Source: a virus. From it: 21,355 nucleotides of DNA. Both the position numbers and the translations under genes were made by a program. The notes under the pieces were generated by a model. The model worked only from the letters and a program-made list of their open reading frames with translations, searched no databases and was not told the DNA's origin. Shown here one piece after another: positions 8,421 to 16,489 of the stretch; within the stretch, counting starts at the first letter, position 1; each line of letters opens with the position of its first letter. Location: the IMG/VR virus record IMGVR_UViG_3300039412_000320; one strand, 5' to 3'.

Positions 8421-8834
8421 ATGCCTTGGTACAAATTCACGAGCCAGCATGGCCCCGGTCATATGGGTCACAGCGAGTGCTACCACTGGTTTGACAAGAC
8501 GCCGGGTAAAGAGGAGCTACGGGAGGAGTGGGAGTATGCCTTCCGGGAGTACGACGACGTAGTGGGCAAAGCCACGCCCGTCCTCCGGCTCCCCAAGCGA
8601 GTCCTGAACTCCAAGAAGCTGAATCAGGTTTACCAGCTACAGGGAGCCGTCAGGACGCTCCGGGAGCTTTATGGCGTCCGAGTACGGGTTATCTTCCCCC
8701 AAGGCTTCATAAAGGTCGTTACAAGCGAAAGAACGGCCTATCTGGAGGCCGACAAGAGAGCGGCGGAGTGGCGGGAGAGGAAACGGCAGAGAGAGGCTCT
8801 GGCACGTGCCCGAGCGAGAGGATGGGTGAAATGA
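8421..8834 (+). CDS. Hypothetical protein
   Basis: GAGGAGG RBS. The stop overlaps the next ATG (ATGA). Confidence 0.75.
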   Translation: MPWYKFTSQHGPGHMGHSECYHWFDKTPGKEELREEWEYAFREYDDVVGKATPVLRLPKRVLNSKKLNQVYQLQGAVRTLRELYGVRVRVIFPQGFIKVVTSERTAYLEADKRAAEWRERKRQREALARARARGWVK

Positions 8835-9121
8835 GAGTCTTTGTCAGCAAGTACGCCCTGAGTGAGGGTATTCAGGAGTTGGAGGCCGAGCCATACGTTC
8901 CTTGGGAAGTGGGGTCGGTGGGCAAGACCTTCGAGGATATCCCTGCCGGTCAGCGGATGGTCAGCGTCAAGCTGGACTACGGGAGCCAGAACTTCCACGG
9001 CGAGGGCAAAGAGTGGCACCGCACCTTGGCAGAGGCATAGGTCCGGGCGGACACCATGCGGGTGAAAAAGATTATCAGTCTCAGGAAGCAAATCAAGAAG
9101 TTGCAAGAGCTTAGCTTCTAA
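8831..9121 (+). CDS. Phage hypothetical protein (96 aa) with in-frame TAG at 9038-9040 (readthrough or pseudogene)
   Basis: MRVFVSKYALSEGI...EWHRTLAEA*VRADTMRVKKIISLRKQIKKLQELSF-TAA. The part after TAG continues as a coherent amphipathic helix up to the next promoter. Confidence 0.7.
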
Positions 9122-9145
9122 ATATTCCGGCGTAACCGGCCCGTT

Positions 9146-9171
9146 TCGTGGTATACTGATAGTGGGAGAAC
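9146..9171 (+). promoter_or_regulatory. Extended -10 promoter plus RBS (TCGTGGTATACTGATAGTGGGAGAAC)
   Basis: Near-identical to 5083-5108. ATG at 9174. Confidence 0.75.
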
Positions 9172-9173
9172 TT

Positions 9174-9467
9174 ATGGGTGGAAGTGAGAGACTCGTTGCC
9201 TCCGGGTGGTTTGAGGACACCGGAGCCAAGATACGGATTGATTGGGAAAAGTACGAAGGCGGCGGTGACCACATCCTTATGGCATTCAAGTCGAAGAAGC
9301 ACGTTACCAGTGTCACCGACACCATGTCTCACACGTGGTGCAAGCTTTTTGAAACACCCCGAGGCAGAAAGTTTGTTTCAGTGTGGTCCATCCATGGGCA
9401 ACTTCCCCCCGGAGAGACTTTGACAGTGGGGGTTAACGGAGGTTTCATAATTATTACACTAAACTAA
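9174..9467 (+). CDS. Hypothetical protein
   Basis: Promoter and GGAG RBS directly upstream. Alternative GTG at 9162. Confidence 0.7.
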   Translation: MGGSERLVASGWFEDTGAKIRIDWEKYEGGGDHILMAFKSKKHVTSVTDTMSHTWCKLFETPRGRKFVSVWSIHGQLPPGETLTVGVNGGFIIITLN

Positions 9468-9480
9468 ACGGAGGCAGAAC

Positions 9481-9771
9481 ATGGCGACTGCATCTGCAAA
9501 GGAATGTCCGCATCCCGGCGAAGGGAAGTACTTGGTAGCCCGAGGGAAACCGGGAGCGTGGGAAGGTTTTCTGGCATGTAAAGAATGCCTGACGGAACAA
9601 GATTACGCCAAGCACCCCGGCTAGAAACAGCGGATGGCAAGTGGGGTCCGCAAGGCGGCTCAGCTTGACAAGAACCTCGGACACACCCGGCCCGAACCGG
9701 AATGGACGGGCAAACCCGAGACTCTGGAAGAGGCGGGCGAACCGCCTAAAGCGGCAGTAATGGAGGGGTAA
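9481..9771 (+). CDS. Hypothetical protein (96 aa) with in-frame TAG at 9622-9624
   Basis: GGAGG RBS and ATG 9481. MATASAKECPHP...CKEC...KHPG*KQRMASG...AAVMEG-TAA, whose TAA overlaps the next ATG (TAATG at 9769-9773). Missing from the ORF track. Confidence 0.65.
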
Positions 9772-10025
9772 TGTACACACCAGTGCAGTTATTGGAAGCG
9801 GTCATCAGCAACCTGCCGCACGCCAAACATATCTCCGACCTTGACATCCGGGTAGCCTCCCTTCGGTTTACGTGGAAGGGCGACCGGTACAGCGTTTGCT
9901 CCAACGGGATGGTTGAAAGGGTAGGGGGAACAGACGGTGGAATACTAATCAGTGACGACAAGGCTCGGTTCGTTCACGACCATGTGGCTAAGGGCCTCGC
10001 CCGGCTGGAACGGAGGGAAGGCTGA
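9771..10025 (+). CDS. Hypothetical protein
   Basis: GGAGG RBS, coupled to both neighbours (TAATG, TGATG). Confidence 0.75.
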   Translation: MYTPVQLLEAVISNLPHAKHISDLDIRVASLRFTWKGDRYSVCSNGMVERVGGTDGGILISDDKARFVHDHVAKGLARLERREG

Positions 10026-10315
10026 TGGCAGAATCAATGGCTGACCAAGGCGGTCCCCGGTATCAGGAATTGCAGGAGAGCGTCCGCAAGCTCCACCAAC
10101 TGTTGGAGGACCCACAATTTGGGTGCTTCACATGGCATCAGTTCGTTGACGAACGTATCAAAGAGATTGACCATATCTACTTCGACAAAAACTTCGAGGA
10201 GGGCAAGATGCCGGACTACCCACCCGAGACCCGGAAAGCCATCAGCAACATGGAAAGGGAGTGGCACCAGAGCCGGGCACTTGCTTTGGAGAAGATGTCA
10301 TGTCCAAGGAAATAA
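10025..10315 (+). CDS. Hypothetical protein
   Basis: GGAGG RBS, TGATG coupling, GC3-rich codons. Confidence 0.7.
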   Translation: MAESMADQGGPRYQELQESVRKLHQLLEDPQFGCFTWHQFVDERIKEIDHIYFDKNFEEGKMPDYPPETRKAISNMEREWHQSRALALEKMSCPRK

Positions 10316-10425
10316 AAGATATCGACGCACGCAGGGAACTAGCGGAGTTCTTTCTGAGATGGACAAAGAAACACCACATTTCCTGCCTCGAACAAGCCAA
10401 AATACTTCTCGCTGAGGCACAGTAA
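10300..10425 (+). CDS. Small hypothetical protein (41 aa, MSKEIKDIDARRELAEFF...)
   Basis: GGAG RBS. Fills the gap and abuts the convergent gene stop exactly. Below the ORF-track size cutoff. Confidence 0.45.
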   Translation: MSKEIKDIDARRELAEFFLRWTKKHHISCLEQAKILLAEAQ

Positions 10426-11172
10426 TTACTGACTCACGTTAACCGTTAGTTCGTGGTCGGCAAGCACCATAATATCCTCACCAAAGTACGGACCCTGACC
10501 TTTGACTTCGAGGCTGTGCTCCCCGACCGGGAGCCGGAAGCTCTTAAGGTCGCCCGTGTAGCCCGCTAGCGCCTTGTCGATGTAGATGGAATCACCCTTA
10601 ACCTTATCCACAATCTTGACCGTTCCCGTTTCCTGTACGGACGCCTCGGTCAGCTTTATTTCGTCATTCGGATGCTCATCATCTTTGGCGTAGTAGCAAC
10701 CGTCGTTCTCCACCACGATGTAGATGGGGTCGTCATAGCCCCACCAATAGGGTCCTACCTCGTAAGGCCAGAGAGAGAAGCCCCGATAAAACCCTCCGTA
10801 CCAGAAATGGGGATGCCAGCCATACCCGGAGTAGCCAAGGTAGGGGTGGGAGTGCCACGGGCGGAAGGGATGCTCATGACCAAAGTAGGCGTTGTAATGC
10901 TCGGGAGCAATGTGCAGGGGTGGGCGACTGCGTTCCATCCCGGCTGCCCGCTGCCCGTTGGCCTCGGCCCGGCGTTCAGAGGAGCCGTGGTAGTTTCCCC
11001 GGACCTGATTACTGTGAACTGTGCTAGAATGCCCCGCAGGAGCGCTAGAATGGCTTCCTACGCTTCGACCGGCGCTGGGTGAGGCTGACCTACCCCCTCC
11101 GCCGTGCTGGGCAAAAACAGGGACACAAAGACTGAGGAACAGGACCACGATACCGCAAAGAAGCTTCTTCAT
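10426..11172 (-). CDS. Secreted protein: signal peptide, Gly/His/Ser-rich linker, aromatic-rich domain, C-terminal PEGA-like domain
   Basis: GGAGGT RBS before MKKLLCGIVVLFLSLCVPVFA|Q (SPase I-like). C-terminal GTVKI...IYID....G......F.LPVGEHSLEVK is PEGA-like. Confidence 0.75.
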   Translation of the reverse strand: MKKLLCGIVVLFLSLCVPVFAQHGGGGRSASPSAGRSVGSHSSAPAGHSSTVHSNQVRGNYHGSSERRAEANGQRAAGMERSRPPLHIAPEHYNAYFGHEHPFRPWHSHPYLGYSGYGWHPHFWYGGFYRGFSLWPYEVGPYWWGYDDPIYIVVENDGCYYAKDDEHPNDEIKLTEASVQETGTVKIVDKVKGDSIYIDKALAGYTGDLKSFRLPVGEHSLEVKGQGPYFGEDIMVLADHELTVNVSQ

Positions 11173-11248
11173 GGCACACCTCCATATACCCCAATACCGG
11201 GGTTTCATGTGTTTGACGGATTTCGAGGGAAATGGGTTGCATATCACC

Positions 11249-11869
11249 TTAAACTATAGTACTTTCTTGAATGTACTTAACAATGGCCATATGTTCCTCG
11301 GCTGAACCATCATTTTTTATTTGGTTGGCTCGATAAGATATGACTCTCACATTTCCTGGGATATACCCAAGATTGGGGATAACACAATCCAAAGAGGGGG
11401 TGCTTATTTTAGGGGTGTTTCTTTCTCGTTTGAGAGGTATACCAAGAATAGGACAAACCTTGGGGATAATAATGTCTTTCAAGGTTATAGAAAAAGATTT
11501 TCCTAACCTTTTAGCCCGATATCTTGCAATTCTAAGCAGGCTACGTTCTGGGTTTTTATCCCTATTTTCTATGGAAATTACTGAACGACAAGTTTTACAA
11601 TAGCTATCAGCACGTTTATCGTATTCCGGTATTTTCACGGTGCATCTACTACAAACCCGTTGCGGTTTTTTACACCCACAATGTTGACGTTTATACCGAC
11701 TAAAACTACGAGTGCCGAATTGCAGTAATTTTCCACAACCACCTAGAGTAGAATCACAGATACAATCCCAAATTATACCTTTTTGGGAATCTCTTTTGTT
11801 ACTATCTTGTAGAACCCGAATAAATCCGAATACTCTTCCGGTTAAATCTCCAACTCTTGTCCGTTTCAT
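11249..11869 (-). CDS. Free-standing HNH-type homing endonuclease
   Basis: DLTGRVFG...WDCICD...CG..HCGC, CSRC...YCKTC zinc motifs and CPILGIPL...PSLD..IP.LGY.PGNVRVISYRAN. AT-rich. Confidence 0.85.
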   Translation of the reverse strand: MKRTRVGDLTGRVFGFIRVLQDSNKRDSQKGIIWDCICDSTLGGCGKLLQFGTRSFSRYKRQHCGCKKPQRVCSRCTVKIPEYDKRADSYCKTCRSVISIENRDKNPERSLLRIARYRAKRLGKSFSITLKDIIIPKVCPILGIPLKRERNTPKISTPSLDCVIPNLGYIPGNVRVISYRANQIKNDGSAEEHMAIVKYIQESTIV

Positions 11870-11894
11870 TATACTCTAATACCCAATTATTGAG

Positions 11895-12995
11895 TTATTC
11901 CCAACCAGCAATGCGTCGGGCGGACTGCTTAATAGCGGCTTCACCTTGAGATACCGGAATCTCTGCCTGTTCAACAGATTTTGGTTCAGCAGACTGGTCT
12001 CTATCCGTTACAAATCCGGCTCCGCCCGTGGCTTCCTTGCTCCTCACCTTCTCGGGAGGCTCGGGCTTGCCTTCTTCGTCCCTATCTGTCACAAATCCGG
12101 CTCCCCCGGATGCGTTTGCTTCCTTGGCAAGCTCCTCGTCCTGCTCTTCGTCAGCTTCGGTACCCTCGGTACCTGCGGCTTCCTCGGCGGCTTCTTCCTT
12201 GGGACTCTCAAGCTCCTCACCCTGTTCCTCCAAACCCTCGTGGGCGGCGGGAACTTCGGGAGACTCAGGAGCTTCGTTTCCGAATTCTTCCGGTCCTTCG
12301 ATTCCGGCTTCATCGCCGGGTGCGGGCAACTCAATGCCCATATTCTCGGCAAAACTCTCGATAGCGGCGGCAATTTCGTCAATGTTGTGATAAAGCTGAA
12401 TCACCGCATCGGCAATCTGCTCCGGGTTATCGTTGGCACGGCGGCGGAATTCGGCGGCGAACTTCTTGCGGGCGGCTACCCGAGCCTGCAAGGATGCCGT
12501 CCGGGGGGCCTCGTTGAGGTCCAGATGGTCCTTCATAGCGGAGAACTGGCTTGCCATGACACCGCAGGAAACGGCAAGCTCACCCAGTGCGGCGGCAACT
12601 TGCCTCGGCTCCTTGGCGGCAACTTCCCTCATCCGGGCATACACGTTCGCCCGCTCGCTCTCGGCGAGAGCACCAACTTTTTCACGCAAAATTTCCCTTG
12701 ATGTCTTTGTCTTTTCCATAGGTTCCTCTCCTACTAAGGTTCCTGTAGCCTTGCTTTTACGATATTCGCAGGTTCCACAGGAGAACTTCTGGACGCTCTC
12801 ATCGAACGCCTCAAACTCATTGCAACACCCAAGTTGGAAGCTCACGCCTCCCGGCACAGCGACTTTTTTACAGTCGCCATCCTTCTTCGCCCCGGCAAGC
12901 TCCATGTAACCGGCTTCCTCGGGGGTTATCCGCTTACTCTCCTTGGGAATTTCATGTCCTACTACTTCCATGCGTCCAACCCCCTTAATCCGCAC
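11895..12995 (-). CDS. Hypothetical protein (possible virion/scaffold): Cys-rich N-terminal domain, two helical repeats, acidic tail
   Basis: C...GCC...CGTC domain, Glu-rich region and duplicated GGAGFVTDRD. Start is GTG 12995 or ATG 12971, with an internal RBS+ATG at 12719. Confidence 0.75.
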   Translation of the reverse strand: MRIKGVGRMEVVGHEIPKESKRITPEEAGYMELAGAKKDGDCKKVAVPGGVSFQLGCCNEFEAFDESVQKFSCGTCEYRKSKATGTLVGEEPMEKTKTSREILREKVGALAESERANVYARMREVAAKEPRQVAAALGELAVSCGVMASQFSAMKDHLDLNEAPRTASLQARVAARKKFAAEFRRRANDNPEQIADAVIQLYHNIDEIAAAIESFAENMGIELPAPGDEAGIEGPEEFGNEAPESPEVPAAHEGLEEQGEELESPKEEAAEEAAGTEGTEADEEQDEELAKEANASGGAGFVTDRDEEGKPEPPEKVRSKEATGGAGFVTDRDQSAEPKSVEQAEIPVSQGEAAIKQSARRIAGWE

Positions 12996-13021
12996 CTACT
13001 CTCTTCTTAAGAGACCAATAG

Positions 13022-13825
13022 TTAAGCCGCCACCATTCTTGACCGTGCTATTTTGGCGGCTTCTTGCATCTTTAACTGCCTATTGGGGTCGGACAAGGCC
13101 CGTCGTCTGTCCTCAATCATTTTCTTACGCTTTTCTGGGTCAGCCCACATTTTTCTTATGCCTTCCAAGTGTTTCATACGATTTGTTGGGTTAGATTGTG
13201 CTTTTCTAGCAGCCTCTTGCATCTTTAATTGCTTATCAGGATTAGACATGGCCTTCTTGGAAGCGGCACTAATCTTAGCACGAAACTCCGGGTCCTCCCA
13301 TTGTTTCTTAGTGGCTTCGCTTATCTTAGCACGAATTTCCGGGTTGGATGCTGCCTTCCTGCTGCCCTCAAGCATTTTGGCTTTTACTTCCGGTTTATTT
13401 TTTGCTTCTTCCCTAAGTTTATTCACTTTGTTTCGGTACTCAGGGTCGGCCCACAATTGTTTCCTAATCCTGCTCATCTTATTACGATACTCGGAACTAG
13501 TCCACATCCGTCTTCGGTCTTCCGATGTGACTCCTTCTCCTCCTTCACAAATATTATATCCAATTTCAGGATTACACGAATTGAAAGCCCATATCAGAGC
13601 TTTTTCCCAAAGATTAAGCTGCCAATTAGTAGTAAGACAAGAAATAAGAGAATGAATATCCCATACCTCTTTGGGATATTTTCTCATCGCTTTAAAAAGA
13701 TGAGATTGCCTTCCCCTTTGAGCTTCCCCAAGCTTTCTCTTCAAATAAGTATACAAGGTTGGGTTGGTCGTTTTGCCAATATAAATTTTCCCGTTTTCAG
13801 TGTTTGTGATAATATAGATAAACAT
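13022..13825 (-). CDS. Free-standing GIY-YIG homing endonuclease with NUMOD-like helical repeats
   Basis: FIYIITNTENGKIYIGKT...E...GYN...GG, followed by repeated W.DPEYR.K units. Confidence 0.88.
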   Translation of the reverse strand: MFIYIITNTENGKIYIGKTTNPTLYTYLKRKLGEAQRGRQSHLFKAMRKYPKEVWDIHSLISCLTTNWQLNLWEKALIWAFNSCNPEIGYNICEGGEGVTSEDRRRMWTSSEYRNKMSRIRKQLWADPEYRNKVNKLREEAKNKPEVKAKMLEGSRKAASNPEIRAKISEATKKQWEDPEFRAKISAASKKAMSNPDKQLKMQEAARKAQSNPTNRMKHLEGIRKMWADPEKRKKMIEDRRRALSDPNRQLKMQEAAKIARSRMVAA

Positions 13826-13880
13826 AAACTACCCTCTCCACGCAGGGTTTCTCATTAAGTGGTTTAAATAGTTCAAAACT

Positions 13881-15461
13881 TTACCGAGCCATATGGTAGG
13901 GTCCCGAGGGCAATTCGGGCATCACGGTATGTTTTAAGGGAGTATTTTTTTGGTCGGGGGTATTACTCAAACTTTCACTTAATGCTCCCCAAGGGTCAGT
14001 TTTAAGGTCTACCTGTTCTTCCGGGTCAATTTGAGCTTGTTGTAGGTTAGCTGCCTGCACCTTCTTTGAACTTGTCAACAGAAGGTCGTGTCCCGGATGA
14101 TTAGCATGATGGTCCCGCACACAGAGAGAACAGAACTTATCCTCGCAACCGGGGCACTTCTTGATATCCTTGGTGGTCCCACAAGCCTTACAACGGGGAG
14201 TTTCCCATTGCTTCTTGGCGGCGGAGAATTTACCCTCGGCGGGAAGCGACCGCATTGCCGCCTCTTCCGTGGGAACTGCGGTCGCACCACTCGCAGTTTC
14301 TTCTTGGCCTTCCCGCTCTCTCTGGCGCTCCTCAATTCCGATGTTGTTGAGAATCCTGACCACCGTGGGTAGCGTACTTTCCTGACCCCGATAGTGTATC
14401 CCCACATAAGCGGATATCAGACTCGGCAAGTTGTTGAACAGAGTCTTAAACTTCCGCTGTTTTGTGGAAAGTACCCCTTCCGGCAAAGCCTCGGCATACT
14501 GCTTCTCCAATGCTTGCCACTCCTCCCCCACGTCCTTTATTTTCGGCATCTTCTTGTAGGTCTTCATGTCGTTGTAAAGGATGGAGAGAATGCGGAGTAT
14601 CTGTTCCACGATGCTGATGCTGTACTTCTTGGCAAGCCACTCACTAAATGGCTCAGTGAACTTGCCCGGTGTGCGCCGTTCCCATGGAGCACGGTAGTCA
14701 CCCATGTCGGTGTCTTCTTCCACCTGCTCCTGTGCTTGCGTGCCTGTGGCATATTGTGGAACATCTAAGATGGAGCTAGCCCCTTCTCCCGTCTCTGTGG
14801 TCTCAGGTGATGTATCGGGAGTTAACGATACATGTGTATCTTCCAAAAGTCCCTGTTCTACCTCATCAGCGGAGATATCCTGTCCTTCGATAATCCGCTT
14901 GAGATACCGTATCGCCTCCTGTTTCCTGCCCATAAACCCCTTGCCGCCCACCAGATAGTTTTTAAGGATTACTGAAACTTTTTTGTCCAAAGGCATATCC
15001 TTAAACTGGGGGTTGGTCTTGATAAAGTTCTCCACGATACCGGGAAACTTTTCTGTTAAGATGTGGCGTTCCAGAATCTTGAAGATGATAAAGTGGAGAA
15101 CCTCATCCACCTTGTCCTCATCTTTAGTTGGTAGTTGGGGAGCAAGGGTAGAATAGAGGTATTTTGCCCAGTTCATCCCTTGGTCTACGGGAAGTTGTGC
15201 ATCCCGGATGAGGGCCTTCATCATGGCATCAATGTCCTTGTTGTAGGCAAGATGCAGCATGGAAGCAAACCGGGCGAACCGGATGGGGATAGGGTCAAAA
15301 TGTGGCGGTGTAGAGACAGGACTTCCCGAGAGGTCGGCGAGCTTGAACTGCAAGCCGTCCTTGGTCTTAATGCTAGACAAAACGAGCCAAGGCTGACCGT
15401 CAATAGAACCGACGATGCGCCCCGGCGCTAGGAGGCGGGATGCCATTATGTTAGTTTGCAT
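13881..15461 (-). CDS. Hypothetical protein (526 aa) with C-terminal Zn-finger (B-box-like)
   Basis: Long ORF with CKACG...CPGC...CSLC..DHH..H. Start taken at ATG 15461, after GGAAGGCGGT and overlapping the upstream stop. Confidence 0.75.
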   Translation of the reverse strand: MQTNIMASRLLAPGRIVGSIDGQPWLVLSSIKTKDGLQFKLADLSGSPVSTPPHFDPIPIRFARFASMLHLAYNKDIDAMMKALIRDAQLPVDQGMNWAKYLYSTLAPQLPTKDEDKVDEVLHFIIFKILERHILTEKFPGIVENFIKTNPQFKDMPLDKKVSVILKNYLVGGKGFMGRKQEAIRYLKRIIEGQDISADEVEQGLLEDTHVSLTPDTSPETTETGEGASSILDVPQYATGTQAQEQVEEDTDMGDYRAPWERRTPGKFTEPFSEWLAKKYSISIVEQILRILSILYNDMKTYKKMPKIKDVGEEWQALEKQYAEALPEGVLSTKQRKFKTLFNNLPSLISAYVGIHYRGQESTLPTVVRILNNIGIEERQREREGQEETASGATAVPTEEAAMRSLPAEGKFSAAKKQWETPRCKACGTTKDIKKCPGCEDKFCSLCVRDHHANHPGHDLLLTSSKKVQAANLQQAQIDPEEQVDLKTDPWGALSESLSNTPDQKNTPLKHTVMPELPSGPYHMAR

Positions 15462-16152
15462 ATTCAAACCGCCTTCCAAAAAAGTTGTGTCCCCGCCTGA
15501 TTGCTCGGGAAAGGTTTGTGACACCTCCCCCTAATTTTTTAATAACATAAGTTAAAGAAGGAAACACCTCACCCGTACTTAAACAGCGAACTGGTTTATT
15601 TTTCATAGCACTAAGCTTAACTTTTGTTTCAGCAGAATGGAGTTGACCTGTTCCGGGGCCTTTTCCAGTTCCTCGTCTAGGGTCACGACCAGATTCCCTT
15701 ATCTGCTTAAGCTGCAAAGCTTTTTCTTTACGGCGTTCAGGAGTCCACCATTCTTGATGGGCTACCGTTTGTTTTTCACGGTAATTGGGGATATCCCACC
15801 ACTTTTTAGAGTGTTCTGATTTCCAGTTTCTCCAAGCTTCAGTAGGTGTATAACCTTGAGTGCCCTCTCCACCCTCAGTCATATTGTATCCTTTGCTAGG
15901 GTCATTGGAGTGATACAGAGCAATATACCGCTTTTCCATTTCAGAAAGCTCTTCGGAAGTTTCAGTTTTATCTATGACTTCAACTTTAAAGGCATCCGAC
16001 CCATATTTACGGATAGCCCTATGGAAATAATAAGGACTTCCGCTTTTAGCAGCAGACTTATGCAGCCGCCAACGACGGTCAACGGTTGGGTGGATCCACT
16101 TCCCGATATAGACCTTGCCATTAACCGTGTTTGTTACACGGTAAATCAGCAT
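15451..16152 (-). CDS. Free-standing GIY-YIG homing endonuclease (NUMOD3/NUMOD1-like C-terminus)
   Basis: LIYRVTNTVNGKVYIG...R...H...AIRKYG...E..YI...GYN.T.GGEG, then HSAETKVKLS and KPVRCLSTGEVFPS. Confidence 0.88.
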   Translation of the reverse strand: MLIYRVTNTVNGKVYIGKWIHPTVDRRWRLHKSAAKSGSPYYFHRAIRKYGSDAFKVEVIDKTETSEELSEMEKRYIALYHSNDPSKGYNMTEGGEGTQGYTPTEAWRNWKSEHSKKWWDIPNYREKQTVAHQEWWTPERRKEKALQLKQIRESGRDPRRGTGKGPGTGQLHSAETKVKLSAMKNKPVRCLSTGEVFPSLTYVIKKLGGGVTNLSRAIRRGHNFFGRRFEYAN

Positions 16153-16160
16153 AAGTTTAC

Positions 16161-16394
16161 CTAATCAGTGATGGGGTCATTTGGATTTTTAGACCCCTCG
16201 ATACTCTTATCATCCTTCATGGCGGACTCAAGAGTTTTGAGATAATCAGAGTGGTCGGTAAAGGCTTGGTCCCCACGGGGGGCACTCTTATTGTCACCAA
16301 TGCTCTCGGCGGTCTTATAACCAACCTTGGAAAGTTCGGCGGCATATAAGGAGTTCATTGCCTCGGCATCGACTTTTGCGATTTTTGTTGCCAT
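16161..16394 (-). CDS. Small hypothetical protein (77 aa, MATKIAKV...)
   Basis: AGGAG RBS before ATG 16394. The ORF-track start at 16580 overlaps the upstream gene. Confidence 0.75.
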   Translation of the reverse strand: MATKIAKVDAEAMNSLYAAELSKVGYKTAESIGDNKSAPRGDQAFTDHSDYLKTLESAMKDDKSIEGSKNPNDPITD

Positions 16395-16407
16395 ATTCGT
16401 CTCCTGT

Positions 16408-16440
16408 GGGCGAAGTCGCCCTATAAAGGGATGGCGTAGC
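16408..16440 (-). promoter_or_regulatory. Candidate late promoter (GCTAC-N7-CTTTATAG) followed by small hairpin GGGCG-ACTT-CGCCC
   Basis: Motif match plus a 5-bp GC stem immediately before the RBS. Confidence 0.45.
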
Positions 16441-16489
16441 TGGATATATGGGGAAATCCTGTCCCCATGTATAGTCACGCTTGTCCGTG

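Noticed and set aside
8528-9040. 170-aa ORF-track call
   Set aside because: The first 101 codons overlap gene 8421-8834 in another frame. The real start is ATG 8831.
9038-9660. Shared readthrough hairpin (PYLIS/SECIS-like) after the TAGs
   Set aside because: Only short, dissimilar stems are present (GTCC/GGAC after 9040, GCGGA/TCCGC after 9624), and nothing comparable at 19408.
13022-16152. Group I introns housing the GIY-YIG genes
   Set aside because: The flanking non-coding space is under 60 bp, no P/Q/R/S core was recognised, and the neighbouring genes have their own starts and stops.
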